The notes under the pieces: model-generated
The model's database searches: none
Told to the model about the DNA's origin: nothing
Seen by the model: the letters and a program-made list of their open reading frames with translations, nothing else
Part shown: in pieces, positions 39,277-48,749 of the stretch
How positions within the stretch are numbered: the first letter of the stretch is position 1
Layout: each line of letters starts with the position of its first letter
Translations under genes and position numbers: made by a program
Origin: Spirosoma fluviale
GTDB lineage: Bacteria; Bacteroidota; Bacteroidia; Cytophagales; Spirosomataceae
DNA: 64,000 nucleotides
NCBI GenBank assembly: GCA_945883625.1
Contig: CAMCXW010000002.1
Span: 39,479 to 103,478, forward strand
Reading direction: 5' to 3'

Positions 39277-40706
39277 TAGACTAATAAATCTTGTACGGCT
39301 TTACCCTTCCCATCTGGGGTTGTGTAGAAAGGTCGCTTCTCAATTTCATATTGGGTTTCAGGCTTTATACCTAAAGTCTGATAGATGGTTTGATGGATTC
39401 CATCAATTTTAACTGGATTTTCAATCGATTTACACGGACGTTCATCAGCCGTCTTACCATATACGTGACCGCGCTTAACGCCTCCACCCCACATCAGTAT
39501 AGAACAACCATCCGTGAAGTGACGATGCATCCCATAAAATTTAATGTCATTTAAAATCTCAGGTTGTTTCACCTGTTCTTGAACTTTGAGATCAGGCCTA
39601 CCTTCAACCATCATATCGCGACTAAATTCACTGGCTAAAATAACGAGCGTCCGATCCAAGTGACCCGTTTCATCCAAGTCTTTGATTAATTGCGCAATGG
39701 GCCCATCAATCATTTTTTTCATTCCTGCTAAACGCGTATGGCCATTTTCGTGGGTGTCCCAGCCAACAAATGGTTCGTATTCCGTAGTTACACTAATAAA
39801 ACGAGCACCCTGTTCTGTTAATCTCCTTGCTAATAAACACCCTAATCCAAATCGGCCGGTATTATATTTATCATATTTCTCCTTAGGTTCAGTACTTAAA
39901 TTGAAGGCCTTTGATTCCGGTGAATTCAACAAAATATAGGCTTGCTCCATGGATCTGCGCAATGATTCTTTTTGGTAATCACTACCAAATTCACCATGAG
40001 CACTTTGTGAAATTAAATTATTGTACAATTGATTTCTACTTTCAAATCGCTTCATATTCATCCCCACGGGAGGACGAACGCTATCCAAACCTTGACTTGG
40101 ATCTGGAATCATGAAAGGACCATGCTCATTGCCCAAGAAACCTGCTGTATGAAAAGCCTTCAATTCCTCCGCTTCACCTACTGTAAAACGCTGGCCAATA
40201 TCTATAAAAGAAGGTATTACAGGGTTTTTAGGCCCTAATTCTTTGGAAATCCAAGCACCAATATGGGGAGCTGCAACAGATTGAGGTGGTTCATAACTCG
40301 TATGCCAGTGATACTGGTGACGTGAGTGAAGTATATGACCTAAATCAGCCGCAACATACGAACGAATCAGGGTTCCTTTGTCCATAACACTGGCCATGGA
40401 TTCCAATCCCTCCGAAAAATTAATTCCATCCAAGGCCGTCGGAATCGATTTAAACGTGCTTAAAACACGATCACCCTGCATACCTTTTTCGTAAGCCGTG
40501 TATTTTTTAGGATCAAACGTCTCTGTATGTGCCATCCCACCAGCCATCCACAATAAAATAACTGTGTCAGCCGTGGCCATCTTTTTGGCCAACTCATTCG
40601 TTGGCTCAGCCATTAAACTTGCGATGGGAGAACCTAAACCCAATGCAGCTATCGTAGCTGCACTCGTATTTTGCAAAAAGGTTCGTCTATTCCAATGGTT
40701 TTCCAT
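39276..40706 (-). CDS. DUF1501 domain protein, Tat-exported (second, divergent type)
   Basis: NRRTFL after ATG 40706; ILLWMAGGMAHTETFDPK, CLLARRL, WDTH, SEFSR; TAATG coupling to the next gene. Confidence 0.88.
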   Translation of the reverse strand: MENHWNRRTFLQNTSAATIAALGLGSPIASLMAEPTNELAKKMATADTVILLWMAGGMAHTETFDPKKYTAYEKGMQGDRVLSTFKSIPTALDGINFSEGLESMASVMDKGTLIRSYVAADLGHILHSRHQYHWHTSYEPPQSVAAPHIGAWISKELGPKNPVIPSFIDIGQRFTVGEAEELKAFHTAGFLGNEHGPFMIPDPSQGLDSVRPPVGMNMKRFESRNQLYNNLISQSAHGEFGSDYQKESLRRSMEQAYILLNSPESKAFNLSTEPKEKYDKYNTGRFGLGCLLARRLTEQGARFISVTTEYEPFVGWDTHENGHTRLAGMKKMIDGPIAQLIKDLDETGHLDRTLVILASEFSRDMMVEGRPDLKVQEQVKQPEILNDIKFYGMHRHFTDGCSILMWGGGVKRGHVYGKTADERPCKSIENPVKIDGIHQTIYQTLGIKPETQYEIEKRPFYTTPDGKGKAVQDLLV

Positions 40707-40714
40707 AGTCAAAT

Positions 40715-43501
40715 TTAGATAATTAATTGAAATTCAGGAAGCAAGGTAACCGCCCAAACTAAATCATGAATCCCTTCCACACTTGGCTTTTTCCCAATAT
40801 ATTTTACAGCTAAACTAAGTTCTTTTGCATTTGGTTCTCGACCAAGTGCTTTTAAATATAGGGCCTTAACCAAAGATTCACCCGTTGTATATTTTTGCGC
40901 CCAAATTTCTGCTCCCTTTCGTAAGGACAAGTTAAATTTATTTCCATTTGTCAATTCCAATGCCTGTAACAAATTGGCCTGCGAAATCCGACTCGTCGAA
41001 ACGTTTTCTCGGTTAGGCCTACCCAGCGCAGTCAAAAACGCATCATTCTTAACCAAGGATGCCCGAGCAAATGGAATGTCATTTTTAAAATCAGCCGGTA
41101 GCATCTTTTTAACTAAAGCTGAATCCGTATAAATCGGGTAGAATGATTGACTCACAGCATCTGCAAATTGCTCAGCCGTAATTCTACGTTTCATGATCCC
41201 TCTAAATACGAAATTAGAAGCGGTCAGCATTTGAGATTCCTTCAGTCCAACTGCCGGAGTTTGATAGGTTTTGGACAAGACGATTTGACGCATCAAGCGT
41301 TTAATATCATAGCCATTGGCCGTGAAATCAGATGCTAGCCAGTCCAACAAGTCTTGACTCCAAGGCTCGTTGTCCATCATATCGACCGGCTCAATAATAC
41401 CTCTACCCATTAATTGAGCCCAAACTCTGTTCACCAACGTTCTATATAAACGGCCGTTCTTCTTCTGAACTAAAATATCAGCTAATTGTACCAAACGATC
41501 CGCCGTAATGGAGGTCTCCTTAATTTTTCCCAAGGAATTATACAATACACCATAGCCAGCCATACGACCAGTAGGCACATCACAGCGATGTATTTCCAAG
41601 GTTTTATTCGAGAAAACATTCGCAAAAGCATAGGCATCGTCCAGCTTCCAATCACTGATAAAACTATCGTGGCAAGAAGTACATTTCAAATTCAATCCCA
41701 ATAACACTTGAGACACATTTTGTGCGGCTTGCATCTCCGTACTTTGACTCGAATTAATCGTACCCCGCCATTGAATACCCCGAATAAATCCTTCTGATTC
41801 TTTGGTAGGACTAATCAATTCCTTCACAAACGTATTATACGGTTTATTGTTCTTCAATGAACCATAAAGCCATTTGGTTATTCCAAATCGACCATTGGTA
41901 ATGTAACCGGTACCCGAATAATCATTGCGAAGCACATCATTCCAAAATGTTAACCAATGTTGCGCATATCCATCGTTATTAACCAGAAGTTTATCGACCC
42001 AAATTTCACGTTTATTGGGTCTTGTATCTTGAACGAAAGCTGCGATATTTTCCGGACTTGGCAACAAACCAGTAATATCTAAATACACACGTCTGAGGTA
42101 TGTTTTGTCGTCTACCGTTTTAGGCCAACTGATTTTATTTTTCTTAAAATAGGCATTGACAAACAAGTCAATTGGATGATTTAAATTAGCCGTAGGCCCA
42201 GGTACCACAGGTAATCTAGGTTCCAATTCTGCCACACGGTATAAACTTTTCTCAGGTCCTGCTGCCCATGGAGCGCCTTGTTGGATCCAATACTCCAGCA
42301 TCGCAATATCCTCCTTACTTACCCGCTTTCCTTTTGTAGGCATCGCATCATCATGTCCAGCCGGTAATTTAATGCGGCGAATAATTTCGCTTTTACTCAC
42401 ATTCCCAGCAACCAAAATCGGACCGCTTTCCCCTCCCTTAAAAAGGAGTTCTTTTTTATCCATCCGCAGACCACCTTTTGATTTGGTCGCATTGTGGCAG
42501 CTGTAACAATTGTGCGCAAGAATCGATCTAACATTCATCGTTAGTTCCTGAATCTGATTTGTATTCAATGCCGCAGGTGTACTAATCGGCTCTTCACTAA
42601 CGGCTAGAATTTTTTCATTGCTTATTTCATTTCCAATGATTGATTTTTCTTCTGTGATTTCTTTTGGTTCAATAGCTGATTGAACAGATTTAACTGAACT
42701 TCCCGGCCAAGGAGCTCCTTGTTTTACCCAAATCTCAAGTATTTCAATTTCTTTTTTGGTTAAGCGTTTGCCTTTTGTAGGCATGGCATCATCATGACTT
42801 GCCGGAAGTTTAATCCGACGAATAAACTCACTTTTTTCAGGGTATCCTATTTGAATGGCAGGACCGCCCTCTCCGCCTTTAAGCATATATTCCAAGGCAT
42901 CTAAACGTAATTTTCCTTTGGACTTCTTTACACTATGGCATTCAAAGCAATGATTTTCTAATATATTCCTTGCCTCAATACCTAAATCTTGTTTTTGCTT
43001 CGAATCAATTTTACCTGTCAGTTCTTGAACCTGAAGGGACGCATTTAATGGAATGATGGGTTTTACTTTTTCATTTTGAAGACTTAAGTAATTCTCTCCA
43101 TGTGTTAGCTGAGCTCCAAAGTGACCCGCAACACTTACCCCAATGACCGTTGAAAATAAAAGTAATCGAAAACTTTTATTCTCCTTAACTGAAAAAGTAT
43201 ATAAAGTAAGCCCTGATAAAAAGGCTGTCGCAATACCTGACCATTGATGAAGGTTAATTAAATTTCCTGAGTACTCTTCTTGATTGCTCAACACCAACCC
43301 GAGCCCTACGGCCAAAAGCGCAGAGATAGTCCCTACCCATAAAATTACAGCTAAAGCTGGTTGAAAAAGATCTGATTTTTTTCGCCACGCAATGCACTCA
43401 AGCAATAATCCTACCCAAAGTAAACTGATGGGAAAATGTACAATTAAAGGGTGCAAGCGCCCAATTAATAGCCAAAGATCACTTGATATATTGTTCTGCA
43501 C
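40715..43501 (-). CDS. DUF2231-like TM domain + two planctomycete cytochrome c domains + DUF1549/DUF1553
   Basis: GTG start; GRLHPLIVHFP, GHFGAQLTHG; CFECH, CYSCH, CTSCH; RRVYLDITGLLP; LLDWLA. Confidence 0.88.
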   Translation of the reverse strand: MQNNISSDLWLLIGRLHPLIVHFPISLLWVGLLLECIAWRKKSDLFQPALAVILWVGTISALLAVGLGLVLSNQEEYSGNLINLHQWSGIATAFLSGLTLYTFSVKENKSFRLLLFSTVIGVSVAGHFGAQLTHGENYLSLQNEKVKPIIPLNASLQVQELTGKIDSKQKQDLGIEARNILENHCFECHSVKKSKGKLRLDALEYMLKGGEGGPAIQIGYPEKSEFIRRIKLPASHDDAMPTKGKRLTKKEIEILEIWVKQGAPWPGSSVKSVQSAIEPKEITEEKSIIGNEISNEKILAVSEEPISTPAALNTNQIQELTMNVRSILAHNCYSCHNATKSKGGLRMDKKELLFKGGESGPILVAGNVSKSEIIRRIKLPAGHDDAMPTKGKRVSKEDIAMLEYWIQQGAPWAAGPEKSLYRVAELEPRLPVVPGPTANLNHPIDLFVNAYFKKNKISWPKTVDDKTYLRRVYLDITGLLPSPENIAAFVQDTRPNKREIWVDKLLVNNDGYAQHWLTFWNDVLRNDYSGTGYITNGRFGITKWLYGSLKNNKPYNTFVKELISPTKESEGFIRGIQWRGTINSSQSTEMQAAQNVSQVLLGLNLKCTSCHDSFISDWKLDDAYAFANVFSNKTLEIHRCDVPTGRMAGYGVLYNSLGKIKETSITADRLVQLADILVQKKNGRLYRTLVNRVWAQLMGRGIIEPVDMMDNEPWSQDLLDWLASDFTANGYDIKRLMRQIVLSKTYQTPAVGLKESQMLTASNFVFRGIMKRRITAEQFADAVSQSFYPIYTDSALVKKMLPADFKNDIPFARASLVKNDAFLTALGRPNRENVSTSRISQANLLQALELTNGNKFNLSLRKGAEIWAQKYTTGESLVKALYLKALGREPNAKELSLAVKYIGKKPSVEGIHDLVWAVTLLPEFQLII

Positions 43502-43527
43502 TGCTTAGTAATTTAATACAGCTCGGT

Positions 43528-43569
43528 AAAAAACTTGCGATGTCAACTAAAAGTTCACATCGCAAGTTT
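43528..43569 (-). terminator. Terminator/attenuator-like stem-loop between susD and the cytochrome cluster
   Basis: 13-bp perfect arms AAACTTGCGATGT (43531-43543) / ACATCGCAAGTTT (43557-43569); ends in a U6 run on the minus strand. Confidence 0.75.
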
Positions 43570-43613
43570 AATAATTCACTAACTAACATCACACATGTAA
43601 TGTTTAAAATTAA

Positions 43614-45113
43614 TTATAACTGATAACCTGGATTCTGAGTTAATTTGGAATTAATCAAAATCTGTGCCGCAGGAATAGGTAAATAATACTCAAATTCCGT
43701 ATAAACATAATCTAAGTTATTGAAAGCAATTCCACCTCTAGCAACAGTTGGATTTGCTTTTTCTAATGCGCCATGTTTATTCATATGAGCCGCAAGAGAA
43801 GCAGGTGTATTTGTTCGTTGAAGATCAAACCAGCGGTGGTTCTCAAACGCTAATTCAACGCGTCTTTCATTTAAAACAGCCGTTCTAAAAGTCTCTTTAT
43901 TTAAACCATCAAGCGCTTTTAAACCAGCTCTTTTTCTAACTTGGTTGAGGTAATCGTATGCCTCTGCATTCGGACCTGAAGCTTCGTTAATTGATTCTGC
44001 CAACATTAACAATACATCTGAATAGCGTAAAACTGGCCAGTTATTATCCGAACGACCTGTTATTGTATGTGGATATTGGTATTTACTAACAAAAGGAATA
44101 TCAACAAATCTTCCATTTAATGTATAGCCAGGTTTCAAAGAAATATCTTTCCTCAAATCTCCAGCTTCGTATGCAGCAATCATGTCCCGAGTTGGGATAT
44201 TTCTTCCAAGTGAAGCTGTGTTTGCATAACCTGTCACTGCATCTCGTGATAGTCTTGGCGCAAAGATGTAAACAAAATTACTTTGCTCACCTAAATCGTT
44301 TCCACCTTGGTATTGAACCTCAAAAATAGACTCTATACCATTCTTCTTTGCTGGATCAAAATTATCCTTGTAGTTTGCATTTAAGGCATAGCCCAACGTA
44401 GTTACTTGCTTCAAAGTAGAACTTGCTCCCGCATAATTCTTTTGCGTCAAGTAAACTTTACCCAATAAACTTAATGCAGCACCTTGTGTTGCACGACCTC
44501 TTAAAGCGGCTCTAGCAGGTAAGGCTTTCGATGCATCCGTTAGATCAGAGATAATTTGTTTGTACACATCAGCTTGTGGAGAGCGCACCAAAGCAAACGC
44601 ATCATTCGGGTTGACTAATGTTTTTGTTACCAAAACAACATCCCCAAAATAGCGAACTAAGTTGAAATAATGATAAGCCCTCAGAAACTTAAACTCACCA
44701 TCTAAAACTGCTTTTGCAGTCGCGTCAATTTTACTTTCGGCTAATTTTTCCAACGCAAAATTGATATTATACATCGTGGCATAATGGTTGTTCCAAAGTG
44801 CACTAATCTCACCATTTCCTTGATTTACAGTTGAATACTCAAATGCTTCCCAACCAGCAGCACCCCCACGATTTAATGGATCAAAATCCAATGTGGTGTT
44901 ATCCGACATGAATTCCTGTGGAATGTATGCAGAGTTCGTAATTGTTTGTAACTGACCATAAACACCATTCAAAGCTTGTTCGAACTGCGTTTGAGTTTTA
45001 TAAAATAAATCACGTCCTATTCTAGTAGGATCTGTGGTAGTCAGAAAGTCCTCTTTACACGATATCTGTGTCAAGGAAACGGACAAAATTATAAAAAATG
45101 TTATCTTCTTCAT
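43614..45113 (-). CDS. SusD/RagB family glycan-binding lipoprotein
   Basis: Lipobox QISC, FLRAYHYFNLVRYFGDV, RYSDVLLMLAE, ERRVELAFENHRWFDL, QNPGY. Confidence 0.94.
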   Translation of the reverse strand: MKKITFFIILSVSLTQISCKEDFLTTTDPTRIGRDLFYKTQTQFEQALNGVYGQLQTITNSAYIPQEFMSDNTTLDFDPLNRGGAAGWEAFEYSTVNQGNGEISALWNNHYATMYNINFALEKLAESKIDATAKAVLDGEFKFLRAYHYFNLVRYFGDVVLVTKTLVNPNDAFALVRSPQADVYKQIISDLTDASKALPARAALRGRATQGAALSLLGKVYLTQKNYAGASSTLKQVTTLGYALNANYKDNFDPAKKNGIESIFEVQYQGGNDLGEQSNFVYIFAPRLSRDAVTGYANTASLGRNIPTRDMIAAYEAGDLRKDISLKPGYTLNGRFVDIPFVSKYQYPHTITGRSDNNWPVLRYSDVLLMLAESINEASGPNAEAYDYLNQVRKRAGLKALDGLNKETFRTAVLNERRVELAFENHRWFDLQRTNTPASLAAHMNKHGALEKANPTVARGGIAFNNLDYVYTEFEYYLPIPAAQILINSKLTQNPGYQL

Positions 45114-45124
45114 GTTTCGATTCG

Positions 45125-48100
45125 TTATAAGTTAATTTTAATACCAACGGCCAGCGTACGTGGAACGGGGTATGATTCGTCATCATTATTCAACTGTGTG
45201 CCACCTCTAACACCCGCATCAGGATTGTTTCCAGGGTATTTCGTAAATAAGAACAGATTATTCGCAGTAAAGAAAATACGTGCATCACTAAACGCAGATT
45301 TCATTTTAGGTAACGTGTATCCAATAGTTACTGCCTTCAACCAAATATAACTTCCATCGTAAACATAACGTTCACTACTCTCACGAGACCATTTGAAGTA
45401 ATTTGTTCCTCCTTGTGAATTTTTCGCACTCGGATTTGATCCCGGATTGCTTTCTGAACGCCAGCGGTCCTTTGCTTTGGTTAACACGTTAAACACACCA
45501 TCCATGTTCATGGTTGAAGCCTCAATGTTTCGGTAGATATCAAAGTTTTGGGCACCAACAAATAAAACATTAATGTCAAAATTACGGTAGTCGGCCGCGC
45601 TAGTCCATCCCCATGTAAAATCAGGATTTGGATTACCAATCTCAACCATATCTTGTGTATCGTATGTTACCACACCGTCACCATTAGTATCTGCAAATTT
45701 CATACCTCCTGGAATAACACCATCCTGCTTAGCCCATGCGTCAATTTCCGCTTGGTTGTTAAAAATACCTAGTTTCTTATATCCATAAATCATACCGATC
45801 GGGCGGCCAACTTTCATTACGTTGTAACCCCCATAAAATGAACCATAGTAAAGCATGTCATTTGCCCCTTTGATGGCTAAGATTTTGCTTCGATTTACAG
45901 ATATATTGAAATTAGAACGGAAGTTTACAGAACCAATATTAGAGCGATAATCAGCACTTAACTCGATACCTTTATTTTCCACTTGTCCAATGTTGTCCAA
46001 ACTTGTCGTAAAACCAGAAACCGCTGGAATAGAAACAGGGAGTAACATGTCATTTGTCAACTTGCGGTAATATTCAAATGTAAATGTTAGCTTATTGTTC
46101 ATAGTCGCTAAATCAAGACCTAAATCGAGTTGGTCCGATTTTTCCCACTTCAATGATGAGTTGGCAAAAGAACTAATCACTTTTCCTGGAGCAAATGCAT
46201 TATTTAAAATGTAGTTGTTTAATCCCACGAAAGCTAAACTTGGGTAATCTCCGATGTTGTTGTTACCTGTAACACCCCAACTTGCCCGCAACTTCATGTC
46301 GTTGATGAAAGTTAAATCACGCATGAATGGCTCCTCTGAAACTCTCCAACCGATTGAAGCCGCTGGAAAATCACCAAACTTATTGAATTCACCAAAGCGT
46401 GAACTTCCCTCTTTTCTAAAAGAGGCAGATAATAAATATTTGTCTTTATATGAATAGTTTGCACGAGCAAAATAAGCTAACAATGTCCAACCATTCTCGT
46501 ACGAATTAGCTGATCTAATTGAAGCCGCGCCAATGTAACGTACTAAATCATCTGGAAATGTATTTCCTGAAGCATCTATTCCATACACATTCTCTTCCTG
46601 TGAAGTGAAACCAACTAGTGCATCTACCTTCTGATTTTCTCCTATTTTAGGATTGTAGGTCAACAATTGATCAAATGAGTAATTGAAAAGACGATCGGTA
46701 ATATCTCTCGCTGTTGCAATACGTGGTGGAGCACCTGCCGTACCCGAAGCTACAGATAGTCCGATCGTTGATGGAACATACTCCTTAAACGCATTGTAAT
46801 TTAATTTCGTATTCGCCGAAGTTTTAAACTTCAATGAAGGCAAAATTGTAAACTCAGCAAAAGCATTGGCCAATACATCCGCTATATTTCTTTTTCGCGT
46901 AACATTTTGCAACAAAAATAATGGATTTGGAAAACCAAAAGCACCATCAACTCCACCAATATATGGTCTCATACTTCCATCCGGATTGTAGATAGGCTCA
47001 CGTGGATCCATCAACAAAGCACCACCGACCAAAGCACTTCTTCCGTCTGTATTCGCAATGTTTTGTTTGGTAATTGTTCCATTGATATTTAAACCGACAT
47101 TCAAAAACTTAGTCACTTGACCACCCAAATTACTACGTACTGAAACACGCTCATAACCGGTATTAACAATGGACCCTGTTTCCTTAAAGTATCCAACGGA
47201 GAACATCGATTTGATTGTTCCTTTACCTGATGAAATTGTTAGATTGGCATCTGAATAAGGTGCATTGTTATTTAAAATCGCTCCAAACCAATCAGTCGAA
47301 TGTTTGGTTTGCTCAGGATAACGATACCCTAATGGTACATCATTAATCGTTGGCTCCTGCTTTTTAAAATATCTAAAATTATCTTCGAAAATCTCCTTCT
47401 TAAATTGCGCGAATTCAACCCCATTCAAAACAGGTGTTCTACGCGATTGTGGAATATTCTGAATACCATAATCCAACGTAAAATTAATATTCACTTTCCC
47501 CTCTTTCGCATTCTTCGTATTGATCAAGACCACACCATTCGATCCACGAGCACCATAAATCGCGGTTGAAGCCGCATCCTTTAGAATCGAAATGCTTTCG
47601 ATGTCATTTGGATTAAAATTTTGCCCTAAGGAAGTTCCGACTACAAATCCGTCAACAACATACAAAGGATCACTACCAGCACCTAAAGAGCCAATTCCTC
47701 GAACACGAACCTCAAAAGCTCCTCCGGGAGCACCCGTTTTTTGCTTTACTGTAACACCGGCAGCTCGCCCTTGCAACATTTGGTTTACGTTGTTCGCTGG
47801 TTGCTCACCAATATCCTTCATCCCAATCACAGAAATGGCGGAAGTGATGTCTTGCTTTCGTTGAGAACCGTACCCAACAACAACAACCTCAGATAACTCT
47901 TGCAAATTATCCTCTAAACTAACGTTAATGATTGATCGGTTTCTTACTATTTCCGATCTACTGTTCATACCAACCGATGAAAAAACCAGGACAGCGGTTG
48001 CTCCTGAATTAACTTGGATTGTATAATTCCCATCGGCACCTGTAATACTACCGTTGGGGGAACCTTTTACGGTTACGGAAACTCCTGGAATTCCCGAGCC

Positions 48101-48196
48101 ATCAGATGAACTAACTTTTCCTTTCACCTGCATACTTTGTGCAAGTCCTTGAAAAAGCGTTAACATCGTAACTAATGTTAATAGAATTTTTTTCAT
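45125..48196 (-). CDS. SusC/RagA family TonB-dependent transporter
   Basis: EVVVVGYG, PLYVVDG, IESISILKDAASTAIYGARGSNGVVLI, LKWEK, YPVPRT. Confidence 0.95.
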   Translation of the reverse strand: MKKILLTLVTMLTLFQGLAQSMQVKGKVSSSDGSGIPGVSVTVKGSPNGSITGADGNYTIQVNSGATAVLVFSSVGMNSRSEIVRNRSIINVSLEDNLQELSEVVVVGYGSQRKQDITSAISVIGMKDIGEQPANNVNQMLQGRAAGVTVKQKTGAPGGAFEVRVRGIGSLGAGSDPLYVVDGFVVGTSLGQNFNPNDIESISILKDAASTAIYGARGSNGVVLINTKNAKEGKVNINFTLDYGIQNIPQSRRTPVLNGVEFAQFKKEIFEDNFRYFKKQEPTINDVPLGYRYPEQTKHSTDWFGAILNNNAPYSDANLTISSGKGTIKSMFSVGYFKETGSIVNTGYERVSVRSNLGGQVTKFLNVGLNINGTITKQNIANTDGRSALVGGALLMDPREPIYNPDGSMRPYIGGVDGAFGFPNPLFLLQNVTRKRNIADVLANAFAEFTILPSLKFKTSANTKLNYNAFKEYVPSTIGLSVASGTAGAPPRIATARDITDRLFNYSFDQLLTYNPKIGENQKVDALVGFTSQEENVYGIDASGNTFPDDLVRYIGAASIRSANSYENGWTLLAYFARANYSYKDKYLLSASFRKEGSSRFGEFNKFGDFPAASIGWRVSEEPFMRDLTFINDMKLRASWGVTGNNNIGDYPSLAFVGLNNYILNNAFAPGKVISSFANSSLKWEKSDQLDLGLDLATMNNKLTFTFEYYRKLTNDMLLPVSIPAVSGFTTSLDNIGQVENKGIELSADYRSNIGSVNFRSNFNISVNRSKILAIKGANDMLYYGSFYGGYNVMKVGRPIGMIYGYKKLGIFNNQAEIDAWAKQDGVIPGGMKFADTNGDGVVTYDTQDMVEIGNPNPDFTWGWTSAADYRNFDINVLFVGAQNFDIYRNIEASTMNMDGVFNVLTKAKDRWRSESNPGSNPSAKNSQGGTNYFKWSRESSERYVYDGSYIWLKAVTIGYTLPKMKSAFSDARIFFTANNLFLFTKYPGNNPDAGVRGGTQLNNDDESYPVPRTLAVGIKINL

Positions 48197-48627
48197 AGAA
48201 ATTTAGATTCTTTATAGTTTAATTAAAAAGTACGGAAAGTAAACAATTTGCGAAAGGCCAACTATCCTATGGCAAATAAGGATAGTTATATTTTTTATTT
48301 AATTTTTACAAAAAATAATTTTTTACCCAATCTTTAATCGACCAATCCATGCAACGCATGACAGCATGGGTTATTCAATCAAAAGCCAGGTGTAGGAATT
48401 TGGGGAAATAATAAATTCCAAATCAATATCTTTTGATGAACGTAAAAATGTGGTTCGTTTTGTCCCCTCTTTAGATGTAATTTTTGCTGTCTTTAAAATT
48501 CCCGTGTAGTACAAAGGCAAGGAGATCTTCCGCTCCATTACTTCATTCGTCGGATTATATAGCATCACAAAGCCCTTATGAATTCCATGTGGATTAACAA
48601 GAGTAAATCCATCCCAATCTCTGCCGT
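47867..48627 (-). repeat. Left arm of the inverted repeat (gene remnant + promoter/operator + first 110 susC codons)
   Basis: Reverse complement aligns by eye with 50478-51283; 124-bp perfect core 48028-48151. Confidence 0.92.
48260..48287. promoter_or_regulatory. Palindromic operator-like site upstream of susC (minus operon)
   Basis: AACTATCCTAT-GGCAAA-TAAGGATAGTT; arms conserved with the 50862-50889 copy while spacer and flanks diverge. Confidence 0.72.
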
Positions 48628-48649
48628 ATGGGCTTAATTTACCAGTCAT
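48371..48649 (-). pseudogene. C-terminal remnant of a larger glycosidase-like gene (alpha-galactosidase-annotated family, from recall)
   Basis: GRDWDGF..VNP....KG..MLYNP......KISLPLYYTG reads as a C-terminal beta-sandwich; no signal or catalytic part; homology to the second copy starts abruptly at 48627. Confidence 0.62.
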
Positions 48650-48749
48650 TTTTAATTGATTGGAATTGACATTTACTATCTACTGAAAAGAAAATAAGTA
48701 AAACTGAAAAATATTTTAGTATTTTGGCCGACATTAATATGGTTTTATC

